Positions 18,474 through 26,947 of a stretch of DNA of 36,166 nucleotides are shown piece by piece. Both the position numbers and the translations under genes were made by a program. Location: positions 1 through 36,166 of the forward strand of contig JBIOIY010000031.1 in the NCBI GenBank assembly GCA_044450345.1. The letters run 5' to 3'. Source of the stretch: Thermodesulfovibrionales bacterium (GTDB lineage Bacteria; Nitrospirota; Thermodesulfovibrionia; Thermodesulfovibrionales; UBA6898). Positions within the stretch are counted from its first letter, which is position 1. Every line of letters begins with the position of its first letter. The notes under the pieces were generated by a model. It did not search any database. It was not told the DNA's origin and saw nothing but the letters and a program-made list of their open reading frames with translations.

Positions 18474-18990
18474 CAAAACGCTCAGGGGACTGGTCCTTAA
18501 GGTGCTTTATCCTTTTCTTATGTTTCTCGGCGCCTTTTTCAAGAAGAGGAGAGAGGGCTTTCAGCGTTATGTGATCTCTCTCAACAACAGGCTTATCCGC
18601 AGACGGAAGTTCAGTACGAAAAAGATACTTATCCTGCTTCCGCACTGCCTGCAGATAGACAAGTGCACGATCAGACTTACCCATAATATCCATAACTGCG
18701 AACGGTGCGGGAGATGCGAGATAAAGGACCTTATAGGGATCGCCGAAGAAAACGGCCTCGATATTTCCGTGGCGACGGGAGGCACCATCGCCAGGAAGAT
18801 CGTGATGGATTCCAGGCCGGAGGCGATTGTTGCGGTGGCCTGCGAACGCGATCTTTCGAGCGGGCTTGTAGATACCTTTCCCCTCCCTGTCATGGGCATC
18901 TATAACGAGCGGCCGTTCGGCCCGTGCTTCAATACCTGCGTCGACCTCGAAAAGGTAAAAGAGGCGATACGGTTCTTCAGCGGGAACTGA
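18466..18990 (+). CDS. DUF116 family Cys-rich protein
   Basis: LLPHCLQ, CERCGRC, ATGGTIARK, AVACERDL, GPCFNT. Confidence 0.88.
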   Translation: MLNKTLRGLVLKVLYPFLMFLGAFFKKRREGFQRYVISLNNRLIRRRKFSTKKILILLPHCLQIDKCTIRLTHNIHNCERCGRCEIKDLIGIAEENGLDISVATGGTIARKIVMDSRPEAIVAVACERDLSSGLVDTFPLPVMGIYNERPFGPCFNTCVDLEKVKEAIRFFSGN

Positions 18991-19102
18991 GAAGAAAGCT
19001 TAATCTGCATCCCTGACTCAGCTCCTCCAGACTTGCCGGACCCGTGTTTGTTTCCCCTTCGGGTGATGAATTATTCCAATCATTTTCTCTATATTTTCAA
19101 AT

Positions 19103-19130
19103 TTGACTGTTCACCGTGACTTGATATACT
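19103..19130 (+). promoter_or_regulatory. Sigma70 promoter upstream of the MoeA-like gene
   Basis: TTGACT-16 nt-TATACT with extended -10 TG. Confidence 0.6.
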
Positions 19131-19224
19131 GCAGGTATGGAGTTGTTCCTTTTAATGAGCGGATAATGCGTCGATAACAGGTTCGTGAGATATTCAAGGC
19201 GAATGATTTTTAGAGGAGGGTCGT

Positions 19225-20352
19225 ATGTGTGAGATATCCCATGAAAACCCCGGACCCGGCGTGAAGAAGTTGCCGGTTGACGATGCGGTGGGAACGGTCC
19301 TCGCCCATGACATTACAGAGATACGGCCCGGAGAGTTCAAGGGCCGCGCCTTTAAGAAAGGGCATGTCATCAGGAAAGAAGACGTGTGTCATCTCCAGAG
19401 ACTCGGAAAGGAACATCTCTTTGTGCTGGATATCGCAGATGATGAGATGCACGAAGACGATGCAGCCTATGCGCTTGCGAATGCCCTCATGGGCGACGGA
19501 GTGAAGATAAAGGGAGAACCGAGGGAAGGGAAGATAACTATCGTCGCTGAGATGGACGGTCTTCTTAAGATCGATAAAGACGCGCTTCTGGCCTTCAACA
19601 TGCTCGGGGATGTAATGTGTGCGACGCTCCATAGCAATTCGATTGTGAGAAAGGGGCAGACGGTCGCAGGCACAAGGGCGATACCATTGGTCGTAAAGAG
19701 GAGAATTGTTGAGGAGGCCGTGAGAATATGCGCCTCCCTTGATAAGGGGGGGATGGGGGGGGTTCTTCAGGTAAAGGAAATCAGAAAGCCGAAGGCAGGC
19801 GTAGTTATTACAGGGAACGAGGTATATTACGGCAGGGTTAAGGACGCCTTTTCATCCGTCATAACAGAGAAGATAAAGGCGATCGGCGGTGAGGTTGTCG
19901 GAATATACTACGCCCCTGATGACGAATCATTCATCGAGGCCAGACTTAGGGAACTGGTATATGCCGGCGCCGATTTGCTCATTACGACCGGCGGGATGTC
20001 TGTTGACCCCGATGACGTAACGAGGTTTGCAATAAGGAACTTGGGAGCGACCGACATTACATACGGTTCGGCTGTATTGCCGGGGGCGATGTTTCTGATA
20101 GCGTATGTCGAAACAATTGTGAGGGATTCGGAGGTCGGCAAAAAGACAATTTCTGATCCCCGGTCATCAATCCCTGTCTTAGGCATCCCGGCATGCGGCA
20201 TGTATGCAAAGGCGACGGTATTTGACCTTGTTCTGCCGAGGGTACTTGCAGGTGAAAGGATCGGCAGGAGAGAGCTCGCAGAGCTCGGGCATGGCGGCCT
20301 CTGCATGAAATGCGAGAGGTGCGGGTATCCGGTATGCCCTTTTGGAAAATAG
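19225..20352 (+). CDS. Molybdopterin-binding protein (MoeA-like) with C-terminal Cys cluster
   Basis: LAHDITEI, MHEDDAA, TGNEV, TTGGMSVDPDDVT, PGAMFL, GHGGLCMKCERCGYPVCPFGK. Confidence 0.88.
   Translation: MCEISHENPGPGVKKLPVDDAVGTVLAHDITEIRPGEFKGRAFKKGHVIRKEDVCHLQRLGKEHLFVLDIADDEMHEDDAAYALANALMGDGVKIKGEPREGKITIVAEMDGLLKIDKDALLAFNMLGDVMCATLHSNSIVRKGQTVAGTRAIPLVVKRRIVEEAVRICASLDKGGMGGVLQVKEIRKPKAGVVITGNEVYYGRVKDAFSSVITEKIKAIGGEVVGIYYAPDDESFIEARLRELVYAGADLLITTGGMSVDPDDVTRFAIRNLGATDITYGSAVLPGAMFLIAYVETIVRDSEVGKKTISDPRSSIPVLGIPACGMYAKATVFDLVLPRVLAGERIGRRELAELGHGGLCMKCERCGYPVCPFGK
19733..19764 (+). repeat. Intragenic short palindromic G-rich repeat
   Basis: CCTCCCTT-GAT-AAGGGGGG hairpin followed by GATGGGGGGGGTT, in frame (SLDKGGMGGV). 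Confidence 0.55.
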
Positions 20353-20483
20353 CGGGCCCGAAGTTGAACAGTAGTGTGAGCATAATTTCCGGTAAGATCA
20401 AGACCGCTGCGTGAAGTTGTAACGCCTGCCGATGTGTACTATGCCTAGGGGCTGCGGGGAAGGATGCAACCTCCTCATTAATC

Positions 20484-20512
20484 TTGACAACAATAAACCA
20501 TCATGGTATAAA
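20484..20512 (+). promoter_or_regulatory. Sigma70 promoter of the first csp gene
   Basis: TTGACA-17 nt-TATAAA with extended -10 TG. Confidence 0.75.
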
Positions 20513-20574
20513 ATTGTAACCTGTCTTGGCGGGTAACAGCACGCACTGTAAGGGAAAAAGGAGGATTAAGCAGT

Positions 20575-20778
20575 ATGTCGGCAGAAGGTACTATCAAGTG
20601 GTTCAATGAAAAGAAAGGGTATGGCTTTATCCAGCAGGACAACGGTCAGGATATCTTTGTCCATTACTCTTCGATTGAGGGGGATGGTTTCAAGACCCTT
20701 GCAGAAGGACAGAGGGTGAAATTTGAGATTGAGGAAGGGGCAAAAGGACCCAAGGCGGTCAACGTCGCAAAAATTTAA
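20575..20778 (+). CDS. Cold-shock protein (CspA family)
   Basis: [15 protein letters not shown] (RNP1), DIFVHYS (RNP2), [16 protein letters not shown]. Confidence 0.97.
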   Translation: MSAEGTIKWFNEKKGYGFIQQDNGQDIFVHYSSIEGDGFKTLAEGQRVKFEIEEGAKGPKAVNVAKI

Positions 20779-20807
20779 CCGAAAATATATCTGACGGCTT
20801 TCTTTCG

Positions 20808-20850
20808 GGCCCGTCTCATGAGTTTTTTTCATGAGATGGGCCTTTGATTT
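20808..20850 (+). terminator. Hairpin/intrinsic terminator after csp
   Basis: GGCCCGTCTCATGAG / TTCATGAGATGGGCC 15-bp stem followed by TTTGATTT. Confidence 0.7.
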
Positions 20851-20901
20851 CTGTCCCGCACCATTTGACAAAGTCCGGCGATTTATTTATTTTTAATAAC
20901 C

Positions 20902-21768
20902 ATGAGGCTCCCTGACTGGATAAGGACGCAATGCCGTGCGGACCTGCATGAAACCAAGCTTATTTTGAGGAAGCACGGGATCACGACGGTCTGCGAAGAA
21001 GCACGGTGCCCTAACAGGGGAGAATGTTTTTCGAAGCCGACCGCCACGTTCATGATACTTGGCTCACACTGCACAAGGAACTGCGGGTTTTGTTCGGTCG
21101 ATTCCTCGACGCCGGGACCGCCGGAGGAAGACGAGCCTGAGAATATTGCACTGGCTGCGGAAGAGATGGGACTGCAGTATGTCGTCATCACTTCGGTCAC
21201 GAGGGATGACCTCGCAGACGGCGGCGCAGGGCATTTCGCAAAGACGATATCGGCGGTCAGGAGAAGACTGCCATTAGCTAAGATCGAGGTCCTGACACCC
21301 GACTTTCAGGGCGATCCGGGGGCGCTCCGGACTGTTCTCGAAGCCCTGCCCGATGTCTTTAATCACAACATCGAGACGGTCGAACGCCTCTATCCGCATG
21401 TCCGGCCGCAGGCGATCTTCCGGCGCTCACTTGCTGTATTGAGAGAGGCCAGGACAATCGCCCCTGCTATCCCCACCAAATCCGGTTTCATGCTCGGTCT
21501 CGGCGAAGATCGGGAGGAGGTCCTTGAACTCTTGAAAGAACTGAGGCAGGCAGGATGCGATGTGATCACGATAGGACAGTATCTGAGGCCGACGAGGAAC
21601 AACCTTCCTGTGGTAGAATACCTGCACCCCGAGGTCTTCGCTTATCTGAGAACAAAGGCCCTCGGTATGGGCTTCACCTATGTGGCGTCCGGCCCGCTCG
21701 TCAGGAGCTCGATGAACGCGGCGGAGATGTATACCCCGGACCCTGGACCGCAGCGCCTGGCTTTGTGA
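20902..21768 (+). CDS. lipA: Lipoyl synthase
   Basis: CEEARCPNRGEC and CTRNCGFC motifs, ITSVTRDDL, NHNIETV, GQYLRP, VRSS. Confidence 0.96.
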   Translation: MRLPDWIRTQCRADLHETKLILRKHGITTVCEEARCPNRGECFSKPTATFMILGSHCTRNCGFCSVDSSTPGPPEEDEPENIALAAEEMGLQYVVITSVTRDDLADGGAGHFAKTISAVRRRLPLAKIEVLTPDFQGDPGALRTVLEALPDVFNHNIETVERLYPHVRPQAIFRRSLAVLREARTIAPAIPTKSGFMLGLGEDREEVLELLKELRQAGCDVITIGQYLRPTRNNLPVVEYLHPEVFAYLRTKALGMGFTYVASGPLVRSSMNAAEMYTPDPGPQRLAL

Positions 21769-21782
21769 GGAGGAGATACTGA

Positions 21783-22958
21783 ATGTTTGAATTCAACAGG
21801 ATCAAAAGGCTGCCGCCCTATGTGTTCGCGATAGTGAACAACCTCAAGATGGAGGCGAGGCGAAAGGGCGAAGACATCATCGATCTCGGCATGGGCAACC
21901 CTGACGGGGCCACGCCGAGGCATATTGTAGATAAACTGGTAGAGGCGGCCAAAAAGCCGAAAAATCACCGGTACTCCGCCTCGAAAGGGATCACTCAGCT
22001 GAGGATGGCGATATGCGAGTGGTATAAGAGGAGGTACGACGTCAACCTCGATCCTGAATCGGAGGCGGTGGTGACGATAGGTTCGAAAGAGGGATTATCT
22101 CATTTGGTCCTCGCTACGGTGGGTCCGGGCGATATTGTTTTGACTCCTACTCCGGCATATCCGATACACCCTTACAGCGTGATCATAGCCGGAGGCGAGG
22201 TGAGGACCGTCCCCATAGGTGCGGGGATAGACTTCTTCGAAGAGATGGAGAAGGCATATAAAACCACATGGCCGAGGCCGAAGATGCTGATCATGAACTT
22301 CCCCCATAATCCGACAACGCAGGTTATGGAAGGCCTCGACTTTTTCAGAAAGATCGTTTATTTCGCGAAAGAGAACAAGTTGATCGTCCTTCACGACCTG
22401 GCATATGCCGACCTCGTTTATGACGATTATAGGGCCCCGAGTTTTCTCCAGGTCCCGGGTGCAAAAGATGTGGGCGTGGAATTTTTCTCTCTTACAAAAA
22501 GCTATTCCATGGCCGGATGGAGGGTGGGGTTCTGCTGCGGAAACAAAGAGATCGTCGGCGCATTGATAAAGATAAAGAGCTACCTCGATTACGGCATGTT
22601 CCAGCCCATCCAGATCGCAAGCATCGTAGCGCTCCGCGGACCCCAGGACTGCGTAGAGGATATTCGGGGGGTTTATGAGCGGAGAAGGAACGTGCTGGTT
22701 AAGGGGCTCAAGCAGGCGGGCTGGAAAATAGAGCCGCCGAAGGCGACGATGTTCGCCTGGGCGGAGATACCGGATGCGTTCAAGAAAATGGGATCTCTCG
22801 AGTTCTGCAAACTCCTTATCAGGAAAGGCGGCGTGGCCGTGTCTCCCGGTATCGGGTTCGGTGAAGGAGGAGATAATTTTGTGAGGTTTGCGCTCGTCGA
22901 GAACGAACACAGGATAAGACAGGCCACGGCCGGAATAAAGAGGGTATTGAACAAATGA
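21783..22958 (+). CDS. alaC: PLP-dependent class I aminotransferase, AlaC/LL-DAP aminotransferase-like
   Basis: [49 protein letters not shown]; adjacent to hom as commonly seen. Confidence 0.85.
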   Translation: MFEFNRIKRLPPYVFAIVNNLKMEARRKGEDIIDLGMGNPDGATPRHIVDKLVEAAKKPKNHRYSASKGITQLRMAICEWYKRRYDVNLDPESEAVVTIGSKEGLSHLVLATVGPGDIVLTPTPAYPIHPYSVIIAGGEVRTVPIGAGIDFFEEMEKAYKTTWPRPKMLIMNFPHNPTTQVMEGLDFFRKIVYFAKENKLIVLHDLAYADLVYDDYRAPSFLQVPGAKDVGVEFFSLTKSYSMAGWRVGFCCGNKEIVGALIKIKSYLDYGMFQPIQIASIVALRGPQDCVEDIRGVYERRRNVLVKGLKQAGWKIEPPKATMFAWAEIPDAFKKMGSLEFCKLLIRKGGVAVSPGIGFGEGGDNFVRFALVENEHRIRQATAGIKRVLNK

Positions 22959-24253
22959 TAAATGTTGGGATTATAGGCTTTGGGACAGTAGGGACAGGGA
23001 CAGCGAGTATTCTCCTGAACAACAGGGGCCTTCTCAGGGAAAGGACCGGCATAGACATCAATCTCAGGAGGATAGCCGACCTCGATATCAAGAGAGACAG
23101 GGGCATCAGGCTGCCGAAGGGGATGCTCACCGCGAAGGTGGATGAACTCCTGGGCGACCCTGATATCCATATCGTGGTCGAACTCATCGGAGGCACGACG
23201 ATTGCGAAAGACCTCATCCTCAAAGCCATCAACAGCGGGAAACATGTGGTCACGGCCAACAAGGCGCTTCTTGCTACACACGGGGCCGAGATATTCAGGG
23301 CCGCAGGCAAACGGAACGTCGAGTTGGGTTTCGAGGCTTCGGTGGCCGGCGGGATACCGATCGTAAAGGTCATCAGGGAGGGGCTGGTGGCCAACAGGAT
23401 AAAGGCCGTGTACGGTATCATCAACGGCACCACGAACTATATCCTTACCAAGATGACCGAGGAAAAGGCGGAATTTTCAGAAGTCCTGAAGGAGGCACAG
23501 AAGCTCGGATATGCAGAGGCTGACCCCACCTACGATATAGAGGGGATAGATTCGGCCCACAAGCTCGCAATCCTTGCCTCGCTTTCCTACGGCCCCCGGT
23601 TCAGCATCAAGGACGTGTACCGTGAGGGCATATCCTGGATATCTCCAATGGACATCGAATTCGCCCGCGAGCTCGGATATAAACTCAAGCTTTTAGCAAT
23701 AGCGAAGGAGTCGGACGGTAAGGTAGAGCTAAGGGTCCACCCCACAATGGTGCCCGAGGAATATCTTATTTCAAAGGTGGACGGAGTATTCAACGCGGTA
23801 TATGTGGAAGGCGATGCCGTGGGATCGACCCTGTATTACGGGAGGGGCGCCGGAGACATGCCTACGGGGAGCGCGGTTGTAAGCGATATCGCAGATATAG
23901 CGAGGAATATAGTAACGAACTCCGTCGGCAGGATCTCACTGGACTCTTCCGGGAAGAAGAAGAATCTCATGAAGATGGATGACGTCCAGTCTATGTACTA
24001 CTTCAGGTTTTCGGCGATCGATAAGCCCGGCGTATTATCGAAGATCTCCGGAATACTGGGGAAATACAATATCAGCATCGTCTCCGTTATCCAAAAGGGA
24101 AGACATGAGGGGAAGGCCGTGCCGCTCGTGGTACTTACCCACAAGGCAAGGGAAAAAAATGTCCTTGCTGCGTTAAAAGAGATAAACAGGCTCTCGATGG
24201 TGGCAGGCAAGAGCGTTTTTATAAGGGTAGAGGGGAAAGAGGCAGGCCGTTAG
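22955..24253 (+). CDS. hom: Homoserine dehydrogenase with C-terminal ACT domain
   Basis: [54 protein letters not shown] domain. Confidence 0.97.
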   Translation: MINVGIIGFGTVGTGTASILLNNRGLLRERTGIDINLRRIADLDIKRDRGIRLPKGMLTAKVDELLGDPDIHIVVELIGGTTIAKDLILKAINSGKHVVTANKALLATHGAEIFRAAGKRNVELGFEASVAGGIPIVKVIREGLVANRIKAVYGIINGTTNYILTKMTEEKAEFSEVLKEAQKLGYAEADPTYDIEGIDSAHKLAILASLSYGPRFSIKDVYREGISWISPMDIEFARELGYKLKLLAIAKESDGKVELRVHPTMVPEEYLISKVDGVFNAVYVEGDAVGSTLYYGRGAGDMPTGSAVVSDIADIARNIVTNSVGRISLDSSGKKKNLMKMDDVQSMYYFRFSAIDKPGVLSKISGILGKYNISIVSVIQKGRHEGKAVPLVVLTHKAREKNVLAALKEINRLSMVAGKSVFIRVEGKEAGR

Positions 24254-24265
24254 GCCTAAAAATTA

Positions 24266-24342
24266 TAGAACCATACTCAGGACTTCCCCCGTGACGGATG
24301 CTCTTGCGAACTCCCGAGACAAGGATCCTTAGTATGGCTCCA
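24266..24342 (-). ncRNA. 77-nt GNRA-capped hairpin appended 3' to the 6S-like RNA
   Basis: UGGAGCCAUACU/AGUAUGGUUCUA, AGGAU/GUCCU, CCUUGU/ACGGGG, CGGG/UCCG, GUUC-GCAA-GAGC; many G-U pairs favour the minus strand; followed by UAAUUUUU. Confidence 0.65.
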
Positions 24343-24343
24343 G

Positions 24344-24533
24344 TATAGCTTATTGCGATACCCCAGATTCGGGAAACCCCTGAGCTCTTTTTTATAATGG
24401 GTGCTTCGATAGATGCTTCAGGCTTCCTCTTGCGAGGCATGCACACCACATCTAACTCCCGCTCCCTGACCCAGTGGCTTACTCCTCTGGTTTAACCCGT
24501 CCGGGGCAACGCAAGCTCTATATCTCCATGTCT
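24344..24533 (-). ncRNA. ssrS: 6S-like RNA
   Basis: Rod of ~180 nt: UAUAG/CUAUA, UUGCG-U-UGCCCCGGA/UCUGGGGUA-U-CGCAA, CGGG/CCCG, AAACC/GGUUU, a central bubble, then the 6S-typical GGGAGC/GCACCC helix, UAGAUGU/GCAUCUA and CCUC-GCAA-GAGG apex. It has its own promoter. Confidence 0.78.
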
Positions 24534-24539
24534 AATTAT

Positions 24540-24568
24540 ATTTTAGCTCGCCTAAAGCGGTCCGTCAA
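24540..24568 (-). promoter_or_regulatory. Sigma70 promoter driving the 6S-like RNA
   Basis: TTGACG-17 nt-TAAAAT; predicted TSS ~24533. Confidence 0.75.
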
Positions 24569-24637
24569 GAACGAAAACCGGTCGTTGAAATTTTTTCTGA
24601 CAAGTCTGTCCCAGGACCGCCATTCCCATCGGGGGCA

Positions 24638-24743
24638 GTCATTCCCGCGCCATGCCTGCCGGCAGGCAGGAAGGCGGGAATCAGGTCCTTTCAGTGGGTT
24701 TCATCGGCAGATCGCAGGCTAGGGATTGCTTTTGCGGGAATAG
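24638..24743. repeat. REP-like palindrome (GTCATTCCCGCG..GCGGGAATC family) with nested 20-bp palindrome and degenerate inverted partner
   Basis: GTCATTCCCGCG (24638-49), CATGCCTGCCGGCAGGCAGG (24651-70), AAGGCGGGAATC (24671-82); degenerate GGATTGCTTTTGCGGGAATAG at 24723-43. Confidence 0.7.
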
Positions 24744-24820
24744 TGAGATATGTTTATGGCGTGTGCGGACCCGTTATATTTCAGTGGCTTATTATCTCAA
24801 GAAAAGGAAAGGGGAGAACA

Positions 24821-25156
24821 ATGAAGACTCATTTGAGAATGACTATTATCTGCATGGTGTGCATGGGTGCTTTTCTATGGTGTCTTGGCTCGGCCGAAGC
24901 GGGGCAGGCGGACTGGAAAGTCCTTCAGCAGAGTACTTATGGCGACACTTTGTCTTATGATGCCGCGAGCGTAAAACATACGGAGAGCAATACGATAACG
25001 GTTTGGGCCAAAACTCAAAGCAGCGAGTATCTTTACGAAATAGATTGCAAAAATAAGAAAGCGCGCTTTCTTGAGGCAGCCGGCGCCGCCGGATCAGAGT
25101 GGTTCACTATTACGGGCGGAGGAGACGAATTGCTGTACAAAGCAGTGTGTCCTTGA
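24821..25156 (+). CDS. Small secreted protein (surface-adhesin E-like family)
   Basis: Signal peptide, ADWKVL..YDAASV..VWAK..YEIDCKNKK..LLYKAVCP pattern; start re-called after a GGAG RBS. Confidence 0.65.
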   Translation: MKTHLRMTIICMVCMGAFLWCLGSAEAGQADWKVLQQSTYGDTLSYDAASVKHTESNTITVWAKTQSSEYLYEIDCKNKKARFLEAAGAAGSEWFTITGGGDELLYKAVCP

Positions 25157-25220
25157 ATTAATAGTAAGATAGCCGACTCGGCATTCTTTTTCTAAACTTT
25201 TACACCGAAAGGAGATTGCC

Positions 25221-26603
25221 ATGAAAAATATACCCAATGAGACAACTGGGAAGCTTCGGAGCAAAGTGAAGGGCCGGATAGTCCTACCCGGTGATCCGAG
25301 TTATGACGAGGTTCGCGAAATATGGAATGCAATGATTGACCGGCGGCCGGCTGTCATCGTGCAGTGCGCAGAAGCCGGTGACGTTCCACATGCAATCTCT
25401 TTTGCACGCGAGAATGGGCTCGAGATATCAATTCGAGGTGCAGGGCATAACATTGCGGGAAACGCTTTATGTGATAACGGCTTGATGATCGATTTTTCAA
25501 ACATGAAGAATGTCCGCGTTGATGCCGCTAAGAGGCGCGCATATGTTGAACCCGGGGCCACATTGGCTGATTTTGACGCAGCGGTGCAGAAACATGGGCT
25601 GGCCACACCAGTGGGGATCAATTCGACCACGGGCATTTCAGGGCTGACGCTGGGTGGCGGGTTCGGCTGGTTGACACGCAAATACGGCATGACCATTGAC
25701 AATCTCATCTCAGCAGATGTGATCACCGCGGACGGCAAGAAAATACGAGCAAGCGAAAACGAGAATGCCGACCTGTTCTGGGCAATTCGAGGCGGCGGCG
25801 GGAACTTCGGGGTCGTCACCCGGTACGAATTCAAACTCCATCCAGTGGGCCCTGAAATCCTGGCCGGGCTGCTTGTTTTTCCGTTCGGGCAGGCCAAGCA
25901 GGTGCTGACACGATATCGCGAATTTATAGAATCCGCACCTGAGGACCTCAGTGTGTGGGTCGTGTTACGTCAGGCCCCGCCGTTGCCATTTCTTCCGGAA
26001 GACGTTCACGGCAAGGAAGTGGTTGTCCTTGCCATCTTCTATGCCGGGGATGTTACCCAGGGTAAAAAGCTGATCGAGCCTTTGCGCCATGTTGGTGACC
26101 CCCATGGCGAACACATCGGGACTCAACCATACACGCTATGGCAGAAGGCTTTTGATCCGCTGCTTACGCCCGGCGCCAGGAACTACTGGAAATCCCATAA
26201 TCTCACAGTACTTGGCGATGACGCGCTGGACACGATGATCGGGTATGCGGGCAGGCTGCCCTCGCCTCAATGTGAGATCTTCATCGGGCTCGTTGCCGGC
26301 GCAGCCAATCGCGTTCCGGCAGATTCCATGGCATATGCCAATCGGGACGCAAAGTTCGTACTTAATGTGCACGGACGATGGGACCAGGCAGCAGACGATG
26401 AGAGGTGTATTGCATGGGCACGTGAGTTTTTTAAAGCCTCTGCACCCTATGCGTCCGGCGGCGTCTATGTCAATTTCATGACCGGAGACGAAGCCGACCG
26501 CATCGCAGCGGCTTACGGGACGAACTACGACCGTCTGGTACAGATCAAGAAGAAGTACGATCCCGAAAATTTTTTCCATCTGAACCAGAACATCAAGCCG
26601 TAA
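25221..26603 (+). CDS. FAD-linked oxidoreductase (berberine bridge enzyme/GlcD-like)
   Basis: WNAMIDRRPA, RGAGHN (covalent FAD His), GLTLGGGFG, RGGGGNFGVVT, YVNF, KYDPENFF. Confidence 0.92.
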   Translation: MKNIPNETTGKLRSKVKGRIVLPGDPSYDEVREIWNAMIDRRPAVIVQCAEAGDVPHAISFARENGLEISIRGAGHNIAGNALCDNGLMIDFSNMKNVRVDAAKRRAYVEPGATLADFDAAVQKHGLATPVGINSTTGISGLTLGGGFGWLTRKYGMTIDNLISADVITADGKKIRASENENADLFWAIRGGGGNFGVVTRYEFKLHPVGPEILAGLLVFPFGQAKQVLTRYREFIESAPEDLSVWVVLRQAPPLPFLPEDVHGKEVVVLAIFYAGDVTQGKKLIEPLRHVGDPHGEHIGTQPYTLWQKAFDPLLTPGARNYWKSHNLTVLGDDALDTMIGYAGRLPSPQCEIFIGLVAGAANRVPADSMAYANRDAKFVLNVHGRWDQAADDERCIAWAREFFKASAPYASGGVYVNFMTGDEADRIAAAYGTNYDRLVQIKKKYDPENFFHLNQNIKP

Positions 26604-26797
26604 CCTATATAAAATAGTTCGAGCATTCGTTCGAAAGGGAACGCTACAAGTTTAAAAGTAAGACAACTGATATCAAACACATAACCTGTGTTACGTCCAA
26701 AAGATGACACTACCAGTTCACGCTACTCTGCAGGGACAAGTACGAGATCACCCGCGGAGGATGAATTCTCCAGATTCATCGCAATTATCGAATATCA

Positions 26798-26826
26798 TTG
26801 ACTAACTGTATGAGACCTGCTAACCT
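26798..26826 (+). promoter_or_regulatory. Sigma70 promoter of the second csp gene
   Basis: TTGACT-17 nt-TAACCT with extended -10 TG. Confidence 0.55.
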
Positions 26827-26860
26827 AAAACTATAATTTTAGAAGTTTTTGCCGTTTATG

Positions 26861-26900
26861 AGGCCACAAAGACTTTTTGACTTTGCGGCCTTTTTTATTT
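26861..26900 (+). terminator. Terminator-like hairpin within the csp 5' leader
   Basis: AGGCCACAAAG/CTTTGCGGCCT stem (1 mismatch) followed by TTTTTATTT, 48 nt before the ATG. Confidence 0.6.
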
Positions 26901-26947
26901 GCTGAGACCTTCTGAGATTTAATCTAGAGATAAAGGAGGTACAAGAA

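Noticed and set aside
17721..23433. Long antisense ORFs (17721..18476, 22095..22910, 22673..23281, 22819..23433) and similar ones elsewhere
   Set aside because: They shadow well-conserved genes (fmt, alaC, hom), have no motifs, and are expected from GC-rich codon usage.
24275..24295. GGGGGAAGUCC on the minus strand resembling RNase P GAGGAAAGUCC
   Set aside because: It lies at the 3' end of the RNA inside a hairpin, and no other RNase P conserved regions are present.
24219..24722. Short ORFs 24219..24449 (-) and 24474..24722 (+)
   Set aside because: No recognisable motifs; they overlap the structured RNA, its promoter and the REP.
26597..26697. Possible integron attC (CGTAAC ... GTTACG) after the FAD oxidase
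   Set aside because: The boxes deviate from RYYYAAC/GTTRRRY, there are no complementary L boxes, and no integrase or cassette array is present.
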